Shown here: positions 8,645 to 17,722 of the stretch, in pieces
Layout: each line of letters begins with the position of its first letter
Position numbering within the stretch: position 1 is the stretch's first letter
Source: Propionibacterium freudenreichii subsp. freudenreichii
GTDB lineage: Bacteria; Actinomycetota; Actinomycetes; Propionibacteriales; Propionibacteriaceae
Direction of reading: 5' to 3'
Length of the DNA stretch: 32,000 nt
Assembly: GCF_000940845.1 (NCBI RefSeq)
Contig: NZ_CP010341.1
Span: forward strand, 1,590,001-1,622,000
Position numbers and translations under genes: made by a program
The notes under the pieces: generated by a model
The model's input: only the letters and a program-made list of their open reading frames with translations
The model's database searches: none
What the model was told of the DNA's origin: nothing

Positions 8645-9694
8645 GTGCCCGTGAGCAGGCATGAGCAGCGCGGGCCGGGCAAGCCCTGGTTCCGTCGCAT
8701 CCGCATCGACTGGTTCGTCACCGCCATCTGCATCTCGGCCATCATGGCCTCGATCTTCCCGGTGCGCGGTGGTGGCAGCGTCGTGCTCGATGGTGCCACC
8801 AAGGTGCTCATCTTCATCCTGTTCTACCTGTACGGGGTGCGCCTGGAACCGCGCGAGGCCATGGCGGGCCTGAAGCACTGGCGGTTGCACCTGCTGATCC
8901 TGGCGTTCACCTTCGCCGTGTTCCCGCTCGTGGTCTTTGCGATCCACCCGATCCTGACCCACGTGCTGACGCCGGCCCTGGTGGCCGGGGTGCTGTGGCT
9001 GTCGATCCTGCCCTCCACCGTGCAGAGCTCCATCAACTTCACCTCCATCGCCCGCGGCAACGTGGCCGGCGCCATCGTGTCCGCCTCGGCATCGAACATC
9101 CTGGGCGTGATCCTCACCCCGCTGCTGGCGATGTTCGTGATGAGCACCGGCGGCCTGGTGATCCATGCCCAGTCGATCCTTGACCTGTGCGTGCAGTTGC
9201 TGTTGCCCTTCGTGCTGGGCCAGCTCACCCGCCGGTGGACGGCGGGTTTCGTGCTGGGCCATCCCCGGCTGAAGTACGTCGACCAGCTCAGCATCATCAC
9301 GGTGGTCTACAACGCCTTCTCCGACGGCATGAACGAGGGGATCTGGCACACGGTCGCGTTGGCCGACATCGGGCGCCTGCTGCCGATCCTGTTCGCGATC
9401 CTGGCCTTCATGCTGTGGTTCACCTGGTGGTTGCCCGGCCGCCTCGGCTTCAACCGCAAGGACCAGATCGCGATTCAGTTCTGCGGCACCAAGAAGTCTC
9501 TCGCCACCGGCGTGCCGATGGCCTCGGTGTTGTTCGCCCCGTCGATCGTGCCGCTGTTGGTGTTGCCGCTGATGATCTTCCACATGGTGCAGTTGATCGC
9601 CTGCGGGGTGATCGCCGGGCGGTATGCGCGCAAGGACGAGGCATGGCATGAGGCCCCCGGGCGGGGCGTGGGACCCGAGCCCGCCGAGGATTGA
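8645..9694 (+). CDS. bile acid:sodium symporter (BASS/YfeH-like) family transporter
   Basis: 349-aa polytopic membrane protein. Its N-terminus (RIDWFVTAICISAIMASIFPVRGGG ... LIFILFYLYGVRLEPREAMAGLKHWRLHLLILAFTFAVFPLV) is typical of YfeH/SBF-like carriers. The true start is probably GTG 8651 (see the -10 box). Confidence 0.8.
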   Translation: MPVSRHEQRGPGKPWFRRIRIDWFVTAICISAIMASIFPVRGGGSVVLDGATKVLIFILFYLYGVRLEPREAMAGLKHWRLHLLILAFTFAVFPLVVFAIHPILTHVLTPALVAGVLWLSILPSTVQSSINFTSIARGNVAGAIVSASASNILGVILTPLLAMFVMSTGGLVIHAQSILDLCVQLLLPFVLGQLTRRWTAGFVLGHPRLKYVDQLSIITVVYNAFSDGMNEGIWHTVALADIGRLLPILFAILAFMLWFTWWLPGRLGFNRKDQIAIQFCGTKKSLATGVPMASVLFAPSIVPLLVLPLMIFHMVQLIACGVIAGRYARKDEAWHEAPGRGVGPEPAED

Positions 9695-9775
9695 GCTCGT
9701 GGTCGCAGGGCCCCGGCCGTCCGATTGGCCCGGGATCACAGGGCGCCGGTTGGCGTCGCGACGGGCGATCGCGCC

Positions 9776-10570
9776 TCAGTAGTTCAGCCTGGCGCGCGCC
9801 GCCCAGCGTCCGTCGGGAAGCTGGTTGATCTGGAGCGGCAGGCCGAAGGTGGCCGACATGATCTCGTCGGTGAACACCTGGTTGATCGGCCCCTGGGCCA
9901 CCACGTGGCCATGGTCGAGCAACAGTGCATGGGTGATGCCCGCCGGAACCTGCTCGACGTGGTGGGCGACCAGGACGATGGCCGGGGAATCGGGATCCTG
10001 GCACAGCATGGACAAGGTGGCCACCAGGTGTTCACGGCCACCCAGGTCGAGTCCCGCGCCGGGCTCGTCCAACAGGAGCAGTTCCGGGTCGGTCATCAGC
10101 GCGCGGGCGATCTCCACCCGCTTGCGCTCCCCCTCGCTGAGGGTGCCGAAGGTGCGCTGTGCCAGCCCCTCGACGGCGAACAACCTCATCAACTCGTGGG
10201 CACGCTGGAAGTCGAGCTCGTCATACTGCTCACGCCAGCGTCCCACCACGGCATAGGAGGCGGACACCACCACGTTCTCAACGGTCTCGTTGCGCGGAAT
10301 GCGCTCGGCCAGCGACGAACTGCTCAGCCCGATACGGGGCCTCAACTCGAAGACATCGACCCGGCCCATCCGCTCGCCGAGCAGTTCGACGGTCCCCTCG
10401 GAGGGATGGTTCTGGGCGGACAGCAGCGACAGCAGCGTCGTCTTGCCGGCACCGTTGGGGCCCATCACCACCCAACGGTCGCCCTCATTGATCGTGAGGT
10501 TCACATCGTCGAGCAGCTTCGCCTTGCCACGTCGCACGCCAACCCCGGAAAGCTTCGCCACCTCGACCAT
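9776..10570 (-). CDS. ABC transporter ATP-binding protein (orphan, ModF/YlmA-like)
   Basis: Walker A GPNGAGKTT, signature LSEGERKRV, Walker B LLLLDEP. ATG at 10570 (MVEVAKLSG) lies 7 nt after a TATGTT -10 box. The track ORF extends to 10660. There is no adjacent permease gene. Confidence 0.85.
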   Translation of the reverse strand: MVEVAKLSGVGVRRGKAKLLDDVNLTINEGDRWVVMGPNGAGKTTLLSLLSAQNHPSEGTVELLGERMGRVDVFELRPRIGLSSSSLAERIPRNETVENVVVSASYAVVGRWREQYDELDFQRAHELMRLFAVEGLAQRTFGTLSEGERKRVEIARALMTDPELLLLDEPGAGLDLGGREHLVATLSMLCQDPDSPAIVLVAHHVEQVPAGITHALLLDHGHVVAQGPINQVFTDEIMSATFGLPLQINQLPDGRWAARARLNY

Positions 10571-10577
10571 GACTAGA

Positions 10578-10583
10578 AACATA
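10578..10583 (-). promoter_or_regulatory. -10 box TATGTT, 7 nt upstream of the ABC ATPase ATG (leaderless geometry)
   Basis: The minus strand reads CTTGTATGTTTCTAGTCATG. Confidence 0.45.
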
Positions 10584-10710
10584 CAAGGTGCCCGCGCCCG
10601 GCGCAGGCGGGACAAGCCGCGCACGCCGGCGATCACTGCGCGCGAACAGCACGGTGGCAACCCGTGGGCGCGCCGTGGGCCATGCCCACCCGGCGGGTTG
10701 CGCGCATGGT

Positions 10711-10716
10711 TAACCT
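10711..10716 (+). promoter_or_regulatory. -10 box TAACCT, 6 nt upstream of the hypothetical-protein GTG (leaderless geometry)
   Basis: GGTTAACCTTGCGGCGTG. Confidence 0.45.
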
Positions 10717-10722
10717 TGCGGC

Positions 10723-11472
10723 GTGTCTGACTCCTTGATCGAAGGCCTGCGCCTGGTCAGCGTGCTCAATGCGATGACCGGTGATGGGCTGGACGCCGCC
10801 CGCGCCGAGGATGCCCTGCGCGTGGCCGACAACGGCGACCCCAACCGCGCCCACCATGTCTTCGACCCGGCGGGCGTGCTCGGCCTGGAGCCGCAGGTGG
10901 CCACCCCGGTGCGCATCGCCCTGGGCCGGGTCGCGAACCAGCTGCCGGGCGAGCACTGGGCCCTCCTGCTGCCCCAACCCGGACGGCTCGCCGGGCTGCG
11001 CGGTCCGATCGCGACCAACGCTGCCGCCCTGGAGACCGGGGTGATCGTGGTGAACCACGGCGGTGGGCTGGGATGGCTGCCGCGCCCGGTGGGCCCGGCC
11101 ATGCAGTGGGAACTCGTGCCGGCCGAACGCCCCCTGCTCCCCGCGACGCCGGGCGAGGCCGCACAGGCACTCAATGAGCAGATCCTGGCCGCCGGGCGGG
11201 AACTCGGGCGCCTCGATGCGCCGGCGGGCAACCGTCCCGACGACGCGGCCTCAATCCACCTGGGGGCTGCCTACTCGCACGTCAACCAGAAACTGCTCGA
11301 CCGCGCCCTGCTGTGGCGCGAGGCGAGCCGGGCCGGCATCGAGGCCAGCCCGCAACTGCTGCACAGCCACGGGGTGCTGGTGCGCGACAAGCAGTTGCGC
11401 GAGCTGGACGACATCTGCCGCGATGCCATCAGCGCCGCCGCCAGCTGGCCCCGGGCACCACACGGACTCTGA
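10723..11472 (+). CDS. hypothetical protein (249 aa, soluble, Ala/Leu/Gly/Pro-rich)
   Basis: Strong third-position GC bias along the whole frame supports coding. No transmembrane segment or catalytic motif that I recognise. GTG start. Confidence 0.7.
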   Translation: MSDSLIEGLRLVSVLNAMTGDGLDAARAEDALRVADNGDPNRAHHVFDPAGVLGLEPQVATPVRIALGRVANQLPGEHWALLLPQPGRLAGLRGPIATNAAALETGVIVVNHGGGLGWLPRPVGPAMQWELVPAERPLLPATPGEAAQALNEQILAAGRELGRLDAPAGNRPDDAASIHLGAAYSHVNQKLLDRALLWREASRAGIEASPQLLHSHGVLVRDKQLRELDDICRDAISAAASWPRAPHGL

Positions 11473-11493
11473 CGCCCCCCGCCGGGCACGACG

Positions 11494-11525
11494 ATGCCCC
11501 CTGACCCGGGCCGGGCAGGGGGCAT
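11494..11525. terminator. bidirectional hairpin between the convergent hypothetical gene and inhA
   Basis: ATGCCCCCTG-(12 nt)-CAGGGGGCAT, a perfect 10-bp stem. It lies 22 nt after the + strand stop and 22 nt before the inhA stop. Confidence 0.55.
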
Positions 11526-11546
11526 GGACGAGTGGTGGTCGACCGA

Positions 11547-12320
11547 TCAGGCGCCGGTGGAGGCCAGGCCGCCATCGACATGGATGATCTCGCCGGTCGT
11601 GGCGGTGAACAGGTCACTGAACAACGCACACACGGCGTTGGCCACCGGGGTGGCGTCCTTGGCGTCCCATCCCAGCGGTGCACGCTCGGTCCAGATGTCA
11701 TTGAACGAGTTGGCGCCCGGGATGGCGGTCTTCGCAATGGAATCAATCGGCCCGGCAGCCACCAGGTTGGAGCTGATCTGGTCAGGGCCGAGGTAGCGCG
11801 CGAGGTAACGGTTCGCCGACTCGAGGCCGGCCTTCGCCACGCCCATCCAGTCATAGGACGGCCAGCTGACCGAGGCGTCGAAGGTGAGGCCCACGACCGA
11901 TGATCCGGCCGACATCAGCTCGCGCACCGCCATGGCCAGCGAGACATAGCTGTAGGTGGACGTGTGGAGGCTGACCGCGACATCGTCCCAGCCGGTCTTG
12001 AGGAATGCGCCGCCCAGGGCCCGCTCGGGATTGGCGAAGGCAATCGAGTGCAGCACACCGTCGACGTGGTCGAAGCCGAGTTCACGCAGCTTGCCGGGCA
12101 GCGCCGCCAGCTCGTCGGCATTCGAGGCGTCGAGCTCGATGACCTGCGGTACCGGATCGAGCTTCTGCACCACCTTGGTGGCCAGGCGCAGCGCCCGCCC
12201 GAACGCGGTCACGATCACCGTGGCGCCCTGCTGCTCGGCGACCTCGGCCACCTTGTACGCAATCGAGGTGTTCATCGTGACGCCGGTCACGAGGATGTTC
12301 TTGCCATCGAGAATGCCCAT
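11547..12320 (-). CDS. inhA: NADH-dependent enoyl-ACP reductase (InhA/FabI)
   Basis: 257 aa. N-terminus GILDGKNILVTGVTMNTSIAYKVAEVAEQQGA resembles mycobacterial InhA. Catalytic PSYDWMGVAKAGLES (Tyr/Lys) is present. Located downstream of fabG, as in the mabA-inhA operon. GAAAGGAC lies before the ATG. Confidence 0.88.
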   Translation of the reverse strand: MGILDGKNILVTGVTMNTSIAYKVAEVAEQQGATVIVTAFGRALRLATKVVQKLDPVPQVIELDASNADELAALPGKLRELGFDHVDGVLHSIAFANPERALGGAFLKTGWDDVAVSLHTSTYSYVSLAMAVRELMSAGSSVVGLTFDASVSWPSYDWMGVAKAGLESANRYLARYLGPDQISSNLVAAGPIDSIAKTAIPGANSFNDIWTERAPLGWDAKDATPVANAVCALFSDLFTATTGEIIHVDGGLASTGA

Positions 12321-12409
12321 TGAAAAGTCCTTTCGTCAGCTTCCCCGAGCCTATCGGGACCAGCCCCGCCACACGTCGCGCACAGGGCGGCGCCGCACCC
12401 GGTGGTGGA

Positions 12410-13144
12410 TCAGCGCCCCATGCCCAGGCCGCCGTCGACCGGCAGCACTGCCCCGGTGACATAGCCCGCGGCGTCCGAGCACAGGAAGCGGACCGCGTGG
12501 GCCACGTCGCGGGTCTCGCCGAAGCGCTTGGCGGGGATGCGTGCCAGGTAGTCGTCCTTCACCTCATCGGACAGCTCGTCGGTCATGTCGGTGGAGATGA
12601 AGCCGGGGGCCACCACATTGCAGGTGATGCCGCGGCCGCCGAGCTCACGGGCAACCGACCGCGCCATGCCGATCAGTCCGGCCTTCGACGCCGAGTAGTT
12701 GACCTGTCCCGGTGACCCGACATAGGCCGAGACGGAGCTCATCAACACGATGCGCCCGAAACGCGCCCGCATCATCCTGCGGGTTGCCCGACGGACCATG
12801 CGGAAGGTGCCGGTGAGGTTGGTGGCGAGCACGCCATCCCAGTCGTCATCGCTCATGCGCATCAGCAACATGTCACGGGTGATGCCGGCGTTGGCCACCA
12901 GGACCTCGACGCCGCCCAGTTCCTCCTCGACCCGCGCGAATGCCGCCTCAACCTGCTCGGGATCGGTGATGTCGGCACTCACGCCGAGCACCCCGTCCGG
13001 GGCCCGGCCGCTGCGCGAGGTGCCGGCGACGCGATAGCCGGCAGCCAGCAGCTCGGTGGCGATCTCGGCTCCGATGCCCCGGCTGGCCCCGGTGACCAGG
13101 GCCACCCTGCCGGCAGGAATGGTGGTGGGATCAGTTGCAGTCAC
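12410..13144 (-). CDS. fabG: 3-oxoacyl-ACP reductase (FabG/MabA-like)
   Basis: Classical SDR: TGASRGIG, NAG, and S...YSASK catalytic motif. GTG start at 13144, 6 nt after a TACCGT box. Confidence 0.88.
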   Translation of the reverse strand: MTATDPTTIPAGRVALVTGASRGIGAEIATELLAAGYRVAGTSRSGRAPDGVLGVSADITDPEQVEAAFARVEEELGGVEVLVANAGITRDMLLMRMSDDDWDGVLATNLTGTFRMVRRATRRMMRARFGRIVLMSSVSAYVGSPGQVNYSASKAGLIGMARSVARELGGRGITCNVVAPGFISTDMTDELSDEVKDDYLARIPAKRFGETRDVAHAVRFLCSDAAGYVTGAVLPVDGGLGMGR

Positions 13145-13150
13145 GGGGCA

Positions 13151-13156
13151 ACGGTA
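13151..13156 (-). promoter_or_regulatory. -10 box TACCGT, 6 nt upstream of the fabG GTG (leaderless geometry)
   Basis: The minus strand reads CCGATACCGTTGCCCCGTG. Confidence 0.45.
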
Positions 13157-13201
13157 TCGGTTGCGACGGGTGCCGACGCCACCGTCGTCGCCGGAGTCGG
13201 G

Positions 13202-13207
13202 CAGAAT
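13202..13207 (+). promoter_or_regulatory. -10-like box CAGAAT, 6 nt upstream of the SDR ATG (leaderless geometry)
   Basis: GGGCAGAATGAACCCATG. Imperfect match to TAnnnT (C at position 1). Confidence 0.35.
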
Positions 13208-13213
13208 GAACCC

Positions 13214-13960
13214 ATGGATCTGGGTCTTGCCTCAAAGGTGTTCATTGTCACGGCGGCCAGCGGTGGCCTCGGGCTGGCCAGCGCTCGCGCGCTGGTCGCC
13301 GAGGGCGCACGGGTGGTGTTGGTGGCCCGTCGTGCGGAGGCCCTGGCGGCCGCCGCGGCCGAGCTGGGCGCGCAGAATGCGGTGGTGCTGCCCGCCGACC
13401 TGTCGGCGCCGGAAACCGCCGATGCCGCCGCCCAACTGGCCCTGGACACCTGGCAGCGCCTCGATGGCGCCTTCGTGTCGGTCGGTGGCCCGCCCAAGGG
13501 CCATGTGGTGGAGAACACCGATGAGCAGTGGCAGGCCGCGTTCTCGTCGGTCTTCCTGGCGGCGCTGAGGGTGTCGCGTGCCGTGGTGGGCGCGAATCCG
13601 GCTGCCCGCCTGGGGTTCGTGTTGTCGAGTTCGGCGAAGTCCCCGCTGGCCGACATGGCCATCAGCAATGGCCTGCGGCCGGGGCTGGCGATGCTGGTCA
13701 AGCAGTTGGCCAATGAGATCGCCCCGGATGGTGGTCGCGCATTTGCCCTGTTGCCCGGACGCATCGCCACCCAGCGGATGGTCGACCTGTTGGGCCATGA
13801 CCCGACGCCCCAGGACGCGGTGGATTCTGGCATCCCGATGCGTCGGATGGGCGATCCCGACGAATTCGGGCGCGTGGCGGCCTTCATGCTCAGTGATGCG
13901 GCCAGCTATGTCACCGGGGTCATGCTGCCGGTCGACGGCGGCCTGCTCCAGGTGCTGTGA
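13214..13960 (+). CDS. short-chain dehydrogenase/reductase family protein, atypical (YxxxK replaced by SxxxR)
   Basis: Rossmann TAASGGLG at the N-terminus. Alignment by eye with the neighbouring FabG puts SNGLR (13664-13678) where FabG has YSASK. Confidence 0.85.
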   Translation: MDLGLASKVFIVTAASGGLGLASARALVAEGARVVLVARRAEALAAAAAELGAQNAVVLPADLSAPETADAAAQLALDTWQRLDGAFVSVGGPPKGHVVENTDEQWQAAFSSVFLAALRVSRAVVGANPAARLGFVLSSSAKSPLADMAISNGLRPGLAMLVKQLANEIAPDGGRAFALLPGRIATQRMVDLLGHDPTPQDAVDSGIPMRRMGDPDEFGRVAAFMLSDAASYVTGVMLPVDGGLLQVL

Positions 13961-13967
13961 CGCGTCC

Positions 13968-14801
13968 GTGACTGATTTCAGCACGCTCGACGCCGCCTGT
14001 CCCCTGCTGGAGTGCCCCGTGTGCCGCGGCCGGGGGGCCGCCGAGGTGCCCCTGGTGCGCCACGACCGGCAGCTGGCGTGTCCCAATGGCCACGGCTTCG
14101 ACATCGCGCGCCAGGGATATGTGAACCTGGCCGGCGGCGCCCCACCGGCGAATGCCGATACGGCGCCGATGATCGACGCGCGCCAACGCTTCCTCGACAG
14201 CGGTGTCTACGAGCCCATCCGACAGGCGGTCTCGCACGCCAGTGATGCGGCACACTGGCTGGTCGAGGTCGGCGCCGGTACCGGCTGGTACCTGGACGGA
14301 GTGCTCACCCATCGCCGCGATGCCGTCGGACTGGCCACGGATGTGTCCGTGGCCGCCGCCAAGCGGGCGGCCCGCTCCGGCCTCGCCTCCGTGGTGGCCG
14401 ACACCTGGGCGGGCCTGCCGATCCGATCGGCGAGCGTGGATGCGGTCCTGTGCGTCTTTGCCCCCCGCAGTGCCGCAGAGTTCGCCCGGGTGCTCGCGCC
14501 GGGCGGGCGTGCCGTCGTCGCCTGGCCCACGCCGCGCCACCTGGCAGCGCTGCGCGAGCGCCTCGGGCTGCTGAACGTGGCCACCGACAAGGACGAGCAG
14601 TTGGTCACCCAGTTCGGCGAGGCAGGGCTGAACCCCGCCGACCGCGAGTTGGTGGAGTTCTCCGCCGAATGCACCGCCCAGCAGGTCGCGGACCTGGTGG
14701 GCATGGGCCCCAACGCCTTCCATGACCATGCGCCGGCGCAGGGCCCCACCACCATCGACGTATCGGTGGAGGTGGGTACCTTCTTACGCGCTGGCGCGTA
14801 G
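13968..14801 (+). CDS. rlmA: 23S rRNA (guanine-N1)-methyltransferase RlmA-like, Zn-ribbon plus class I SAM methyltransferase
   Basis: LLECPVCRG...LACPNGHGFDIARQGYVNLAGG...ADTAPMIDARQRFLDSGVYEPI closely parallels the E. coli RlmA N-terminus (CPLC...CPQRHQFD.AKEGYVNLL). SAM motif VEVGAGTGWY. GTG at 13968 lies 8 nt after the SDR stop. The track ORF start at 13578 overlaps the SDR gene out of frame and is rejected. Confidence 0.8.
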   Translation: MTDFSTLDAACPLLECPVCRGRGAAEVPLVRHDRQLACPNGHGFDIARQGYVNLAGGAPPANADTAPMIDARQRFLDSGVYEPIRQAVSHASDAAHWLVEVGAGTGWYLDGVLTHRRDAVGLATDVSVAAAKRAARSGLASVVADTWAGLPIRSASVDAVLCVFAPRSAAEFARVLAPGGRAVVAWPTPRHLAALRERLGLLNVATDKDEQLVTQFGEAGLNPADRELVEFSAECTAQQVADLVGMGPNAFHDHAPAQGPTTIDVSVEVGTFLRAGA

Positions 14802-14908
14802 GAAGCATGGACACCGTCTACGCGCTGGCACGTAAGAAGCATGGGCACCGTCTGCGCGCAGGCGCGTAGGAAGCATGGGCACCGTCTGCGCGCTGGCGCG
14901 TAGGAAGC
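14787..14908. repeat. 34-bp tandem repeat, 3.6 copies, overlapping the rlmA-like stop codon
   Basis: Units at 14787-14820, 14821-14854 and 14855-14888, plus a partial unit at 14889-14908. Consensus CGCGCTGGCGCGTAGGAAGCATGGGCACCGTCTG, with 1-3 substitutions per copy. No spacers, so it is not a CRISPR array. Confidence 0.95.
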
Positions 14909-14920
14909 GCTCAGCGCGAT

Positions 14921-14944
14921 CCACCCGGGGCAGGCCCCGGGTGG
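14921..14944. terminator. bidirectional hairpin between the convergent rlmA-like and ABC-F genes
   Basis: CCACCCGGGG-CAGG-CCCCGGGTGG, a perfect 10-bp GC stem, 7 nt from the ABC-F stop codon. Confidence 0.6.
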
Positions 14945-14951
14945 CATGGGA

Positions 14952-16550
<1,599 letters not shown>

Positions 16551-16722
16551 ATTTCTCCTGAAGGATCGGGGGCGGCCCGCTGCCGGGGACGATCGGCGAT
16601 CACGGCGCCCCGATGGGGGTGCGGCTGGTCGTCGGTGGCCGCGCGATGACGGCCGGGCCGTCGTCCATTGTCTGCGCTGAGGGCCATTTGGGCAAAAAGC
16701 CACCCTCACCGGTGGGGCTGTC

Positions 16723-16769
16723 CACGCAATGATGCCCGCACCATCGGATGGTGCGGGCATCATTGCGTG
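16723..16769 (-). terminator. 47-nt perfect palindrome downstream of the suf operon
   Basis: CACGCAATGATGCCCGCACCATC-G-GATGGTGCGGGCATCATTGCGTG (23-nt arms). It lies 55 nt after the sufT stop. On the minus strand a weak CCACC/GGTGG stem plus T5 (complement of 16694-16715) follows. Confidence 0.5.
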
Positions 16770-16823
16770 CCACCTCGTCGGTGGGCTCCCGGCGCGGTCG
16801 GACGGGTGTCCGGCCGGTGGGGA

Positions 16824-17273
16824 TCAGACGTTGAAACCGATGTAGCGCAGTTGTTCACGGCCATCGTCGGTGATGCGGTCCAGGCTCCACGGCGGCAGCC
16901 AGACCCAGTTGATGGTCACCTCATTGGCGATGCCGTCGAGGGCCGCCTGGGCTCCCCATTCCAACTGATCGGTCAGCGGACAGGTGGGACTGGTCAGCGT
17001 CATGTCGAGCAGCACATTGGCGTGCTCGTCGATGTCCACGCCGTAGACCAGGCCCAGGTCCACGATGTTGACCATCAGTTCCGGGTCGACGACCTCCCTG
17101 AGCGCCTCGAGCACCTGCTCCTCGGTGGGCGGTTTCAGGTTCGGGTCGGTCGGCGTGGTGGACACCTCCGGCAGCTCATCGCGCACCAGGTCCGACGGAC
17201 GGGCCGCGGCAGCGGTGGACTGCTCGGTCTGGGCGGGTGTCGGCGACATCTGGTCGCTGTCAGGCACGCTCAT
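16824..17273 (-). CDS. sufT: DUF59/SufT-type Fe-S assembly protein
   Basis: 149 aa with the DUF59 core (LREVVDPELMVNIVDLGLVYGVDI ... TLTSPTCPL). ATGA overlap with the sufU stop. Last gene of the suf operon, as in mycobacterial Rv1466. Confidence 0.85.
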   Translation of the reverse strand: MSVPDSDQMSPTPAQTEQSTAAAARPSDLVRDELPEVSTTPTDPNLKPPTEEQVLEALREVVDPELMVNIVDLGLVYGVDIDEHANVLLDMTLTSPTCPLTDQLEWGAQAALDGIANEVTINWVWLPPWSLDRITDDGREQLRYIGFNV

Positions 17274-17722
17274 TTTTCCTCCTCAATTGAAGCTCCGGCC
17301 CGGGCCAATGCGTCACGCAATGCCGACCAGCTCAACATGGCGCACTTGACGCGCGCCGGGAACTCCGAGACGCCGGCAAAGGCGATGCCGTCCTCAAGGT
17401 GATCCTCATTGGGCTCGATCCTGCCCTGGCTTTCCATCATCGTCCTGAACTCGTCGAACAACTCCATGGCATGCGCCACCGAGTGCCCGATCACCAGGTC
17501 AGTCATCACCGACGTGGAGGCCTGCGAGATCGAGCAGCCCTCGCCGGCGTAGCTGACGTCGGCGATCGTGTCGCCGTCGAGATCCACGCGCAGCGTCAGC
17601 TCGTCACCACAGCTCGGGTTCACATGGTGCACCTCGGCCTCATAGGGGTCGCGCAGGCCGGTGTGATGCTTCTCCCGGTAGTGATCCAGGATGATGTCCT
17701 GGTACATCTCCTCGACGTTCAT
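17270..17722 (-). CDS. sufU: SufU-type Fe-S cluster scaffold / sulfurtransferase
   Basis: 150 aa with three conserved Cys in NPSCGDE, GEGCSIS and KCAML contexts. ATGA overlap with the sufS stop. Confidence 0.9.
   Translation of the reverse strand: MNVEEMYQDIILDHYREKHHTGLRDPYEAEVHHVNPSCGDELTLRVDLDGDTIADVSYAGEGCSISQASTSVMTDLVIGHSVAHAMELFDEFRTMMESQGRIEPNEDHLEDGIAFAGVSEFPARVKCAMLSWSALRDALARAGASIEEEK

Noticed and set aside
13578-13967. Long form of the rlmA-like ORF starting at 13578
   Set aside because: It overlaps the SDR gene out of frame for 380 nt. The homology to the RlmA Zn-ribbon begins right after GTG 13968.
14787-14908. Possible CRISPR array
   Set aside because: The 34-bp units are directly adjacent with no spacers, there are only 3.6 copies, and there are no cas genes. 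It is a plain tandem repeat.
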